Below, in pieces: positions 53,443-55,514 of a DNA stretch of 55,514 nt. Within the stretch, counting starts at the first letter, position 1. Every line of letters starts with the position of its first letter. Source of the stretch: a virus (lineage: Duplodnaviria; Caudoviricetes); IMG/VR virus record IMGVR_UViG_3300046724_000534, positions 1-55,514 of that record, one strand, 5' to 3'. The notes under the pieces are model-generated. The model was not told the DNA's origin and made no database searches. It saw only the letters and a program-made list of their open reading frames with translations. The position numbers and the translations under genes are program-made.

Positions 53443-53623
53443 CGAACAACGCGACGCCTATAACGAGGCCCTGGCCGACCTGCCCGACTGTGCCAATTGC
53501 CGGCATCCGTACCATGCAACTCTTTGCGACATCGAAAGCGAAAATTCGTTTTGCGGGTGCCGAAACTTTGAACCCATGACTCTCGAAGACATCCTGGAAC
53601 GCGAACACCCGGAGGAAATCTAG
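53432..53623 (+). CDS. Small Cys/His protein
   Basis: GAGGAG SD; CANCRH..H...C...CGC..F. Confidence 0.55.
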   Translation: MTNDEQRDAYNEALADLPDCANCRHPYHATLCDIESENSFCGCRNFEPMTLEDILEREHPEEI

Positions 53624-54432
53624 TGAGCGAAGCAAAACCAGCACTCGAAGCCGAAGCGCCGAAGAAACTGAACCTTGCTCAGAAGATCCTTGCGATTCAA
53701 GATGCTGTCGGAGTAGTGAACAAAAAAGGAAAGTTTGATTCCGCTATGGGTGGCGGGAACTACTTGAGGATCGAAGATGCTGTAGTGGCTGTGAACAAAT
53801 TACTGTGCTCAAAGGGACTTATTTTCTATGGGAATCTTTTGAAGGCTGACCGCGTACCCCATGAACGGGTCGGAAAAGACGGCAACCTATCCCGCAGCGG
53901 ATACATTTCTAGTGTGCTCATGGAATGGACTGTCGAGGATACAGAGAGCGGCGAAAAGCGGTCTTGGCAGTTCCCTGGAGATGGATACGACAGTACCGAC
54001 AAATCTATCTATAAATCTATGACCGGATCGCGCAAGTACGCCATCATCTGCATTTTCAACCTACCGATTGGAAACGATGTTGAAGAACATGGCAGCGTGA
54101 CATTCGAGGAAGGCAAAGAGAAGCAGAAGAAGATTGCCGCGAACAAGGTGGCCGAGGCTGCCGCCCGCGGCGTGCCATCAGCGATCGACGCCATGAGCCA
54201 GGCCGAACCCGAAAAGAAGGTCACCATCGCCCGGCCGGAGGAGTATAACGGCCACTACATCATCGTCTCCGGCTATACAGCCATCCCACAACTCGAAACT
54301 TTTTTTGTCGATACCGGATGCAAGCGCATCGACTCCAAGAAAACAGGTAAAACCGGCTGGAAAGTGCCGGCAGAGTATGAAAAGGGCTTGTTGGGCATGT
54401 GTACCAGACTTGGCCTGGAAATTGAAGGCTAA
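53623..54432 (+). CDS. erf: ERF-family single-strand annealing recombinase
   Basis: NLAQKILAIQ, Y...ED, G.G.D..DK..YKSMTGSRKYA...FNLP..D.E. Confidence 0.85.
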   Translation: MSEAKPALEAEAPKKLNLAQKILAIQDAVGVVNKKGKFDSAMGGGNYLRIEDAVVAVNKLLCSKGLIFYGNLLKADRVPHERVGKDGNLSRSGYISSVLMEWTVEDTESGEKRSWQFPGDGYDSTDKSIYKSMTGSRKYAIICIFNLPIGNDVEEHGSVTFEEGKEKQKKIAANKVAEAAARGVPSAIDAMSQAEPEKKVTIARPEEYNGHYIIVSGYTAIPQLETFFVDTGCKRIDSKKTGKTGWKVPAEYEKGLLGMCTRLGLEIEG

Positions 54433-54441
54433 GGGGGTGGA

Positions 54442-54714
54442 ATGACGGATTCCCAAAGAGAGAAGCCTGTTCCACCCCGCATCGACTCGGATGATGAATG
54501 GAGAACGTGGCGCCGAGTGCTCCCGAGAGATGTGTACGAGGAATTGAAACGCTTCGAGGAGCTTGTGGCCACGCATAGCGGACTGCCACCGCGGTACGAG
54601 GGAATCGGCGCCTCGGTGACCGTCTGGACGATTCTCTGTCAAGCTTTACGCAACTGTGAACCCGAAATCGTTCAATTAGCGAAAGAGTGGAAAGATGGCC
54701 AGGCGGAAACATAA
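54442..54714 (+). CDS. Hypothetical protein
   Basis: AAGGGGG SD, 90 aa. Confidence 0.55.
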   Translation: MTDSQREKPVPPRIDSDDEWRTWRRVLPRDVYEELKRFEELVATHSGLPPRYEGIGASVTVWTILCQALRNCEPEIVQLAKEWKDGQAET

Positions 54715-55018
54715 CTGCGATACCGAGCGCACTACTCTGGCCGGATTCGCAGATCGTCGAAGTTATTGGACGCATCGGGGACACTGCTACCGCTTTGGCG
54801 CCGACGTAAAGCATATCCGTGAGTTTGTCCAAGCCCGGGATCAAGGTTTCTGTCAAGGGTGCAAAGTGCCGCATTATGTCGGACAGGCGGGCGAGATGGA
54901 CCACATCAAAGGCGGAAACACGGACGATCGGTGCGACTGCGCAGAGAACCTCCGATGGGTGTGTGTTCCGTTTCACCGGAAAAAGCATGTCCACATCAAA
55001 TCCGGTAAAAAAGCTTGA
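54695..55018 (+). CDS. HNH endonuclease
   Basis: RDQGFCQGC...EMDHIKG...ENLRWVC..FHRKKH. Confidence 0.8.
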   Translation: MARRKHNCDTERTTLAGFADRRSYWTHRGHCYRFGADVKHIREFVQARDQGFCQGCKVPHYVGQAGEMDHIKGGNTDDRCDCAENLRWVCVPFHRKKHVHIKSGKKA

Positions 55019-55043
55019 CTCAGGGGCGTGATGAATATACATT
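55015..55043 (+). promoter_or_regulatory. Sigma70 promoter for the replication gene
   Basis: TTGACT-N17-TACATT. Confidence 0.7.
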
Positions 55044-55126
55044 CCGTGCGGTTTGGCATCACGTTCTCTCCGGGGAGCCGGTGCCACGAACACCGGCTTT
55101 CCAATCCCTTTCGTGGAGGGGTTCCT

Positions 55127-55514
55127 ACGAATTTTTATCGACGATTTCCGGGCGACTACCTAAGAGACACCCAGCACCTTACCGCGCTTGAACACGGCAT
55201 TTATACACTTCTACTAGACACGCTCTACGCGACTGAAAAGCCAATCCGATCCCGCGAGAACGCCTACCGTATCGTTCGATGCCGGGATGATGATGAGCCA
55301 GTAAGCGAGAGCTTCCCAAGTCGCGCTGAATGCGACAAAATTATTGATGAATTTTTCATCGAAAATCGCAAAGGAATTACACATAAAAGAGTAAAAGAAG
55401 AAATTAAGATGGCCCAAAATAGGGCTAAAATAGCAAGATTCAATGGTTTACACGGTGGTAGACCTAAAACCCAACAGAAACCCAGCGGGTTAGCAAAACC
55501 GAACCCAGAAAAAA
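55127..55514 (+). CDS. DUF1376/YdaU-type replication protein, N-terminal part (runs off the end; probable ACG start)
   Basis: NFYRRFPGDYLRDTQHLTALEHGIYTLLLD..Y...HKRV..EI...NG..GGRPK; not in ORF track because it has no stop in the window. Confidence 0.85.

Noticed and set aside
1-55514. Alternative genetic code (stop-codon reassignment)
   Set aside because: Long core genes are intact in the standard code, and TAA, TAG and TGA all end tightly coupled genes.

Overview
The window is an essentially complete, circularly permuted ~55.5 kb tailed dsDNA phage genome. A DUF1376/YdaU-type replication gene is split across the end/start junction. The morphogenesis genes (terminase, portal, scaffold, major capsid, adaptor, nozzle, four ejection-type proteins, no tape measure) point to a podovirus-like virion. 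Layout: early/replication genes on + (50395-55514 continuing into 1-2939); a long minus-strand late arm (33343 down to 2936: packaging, head, tail, appendages, atypical lysis module); a + strand fibre/glycosyltransferase cassette (33403-39792); and a minus-strand glycan/modification island (39789-48644). I found no integrase, CI-like repressor, polymerase, tRNA or CRISPR array. The most notable signals are: (1) a distinctive C-terminal zinc ribbon shared by two glycosyltransferases and by a small head-module protein whose N-terminus resembles the scaffold N-terminus, suggesting enzymes are recruited to the procapsid for virion glycosylation; (2) four appendage/adhesin-like proteins, including the apparent tailspike and tail fibre, with Sec-type signal peptides cleaved before Gln; (3) a family of tiny proteins with KRSxRR-like C-termini; (4) a TGT/DpdA-like enzyme and an RGP/STELLO-like enzyme in the glycan island; (5) a probable ACG start codon for the replication gene and several leaderless transcripts. 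All family calls come from reading motifs by eye; no database search was run.
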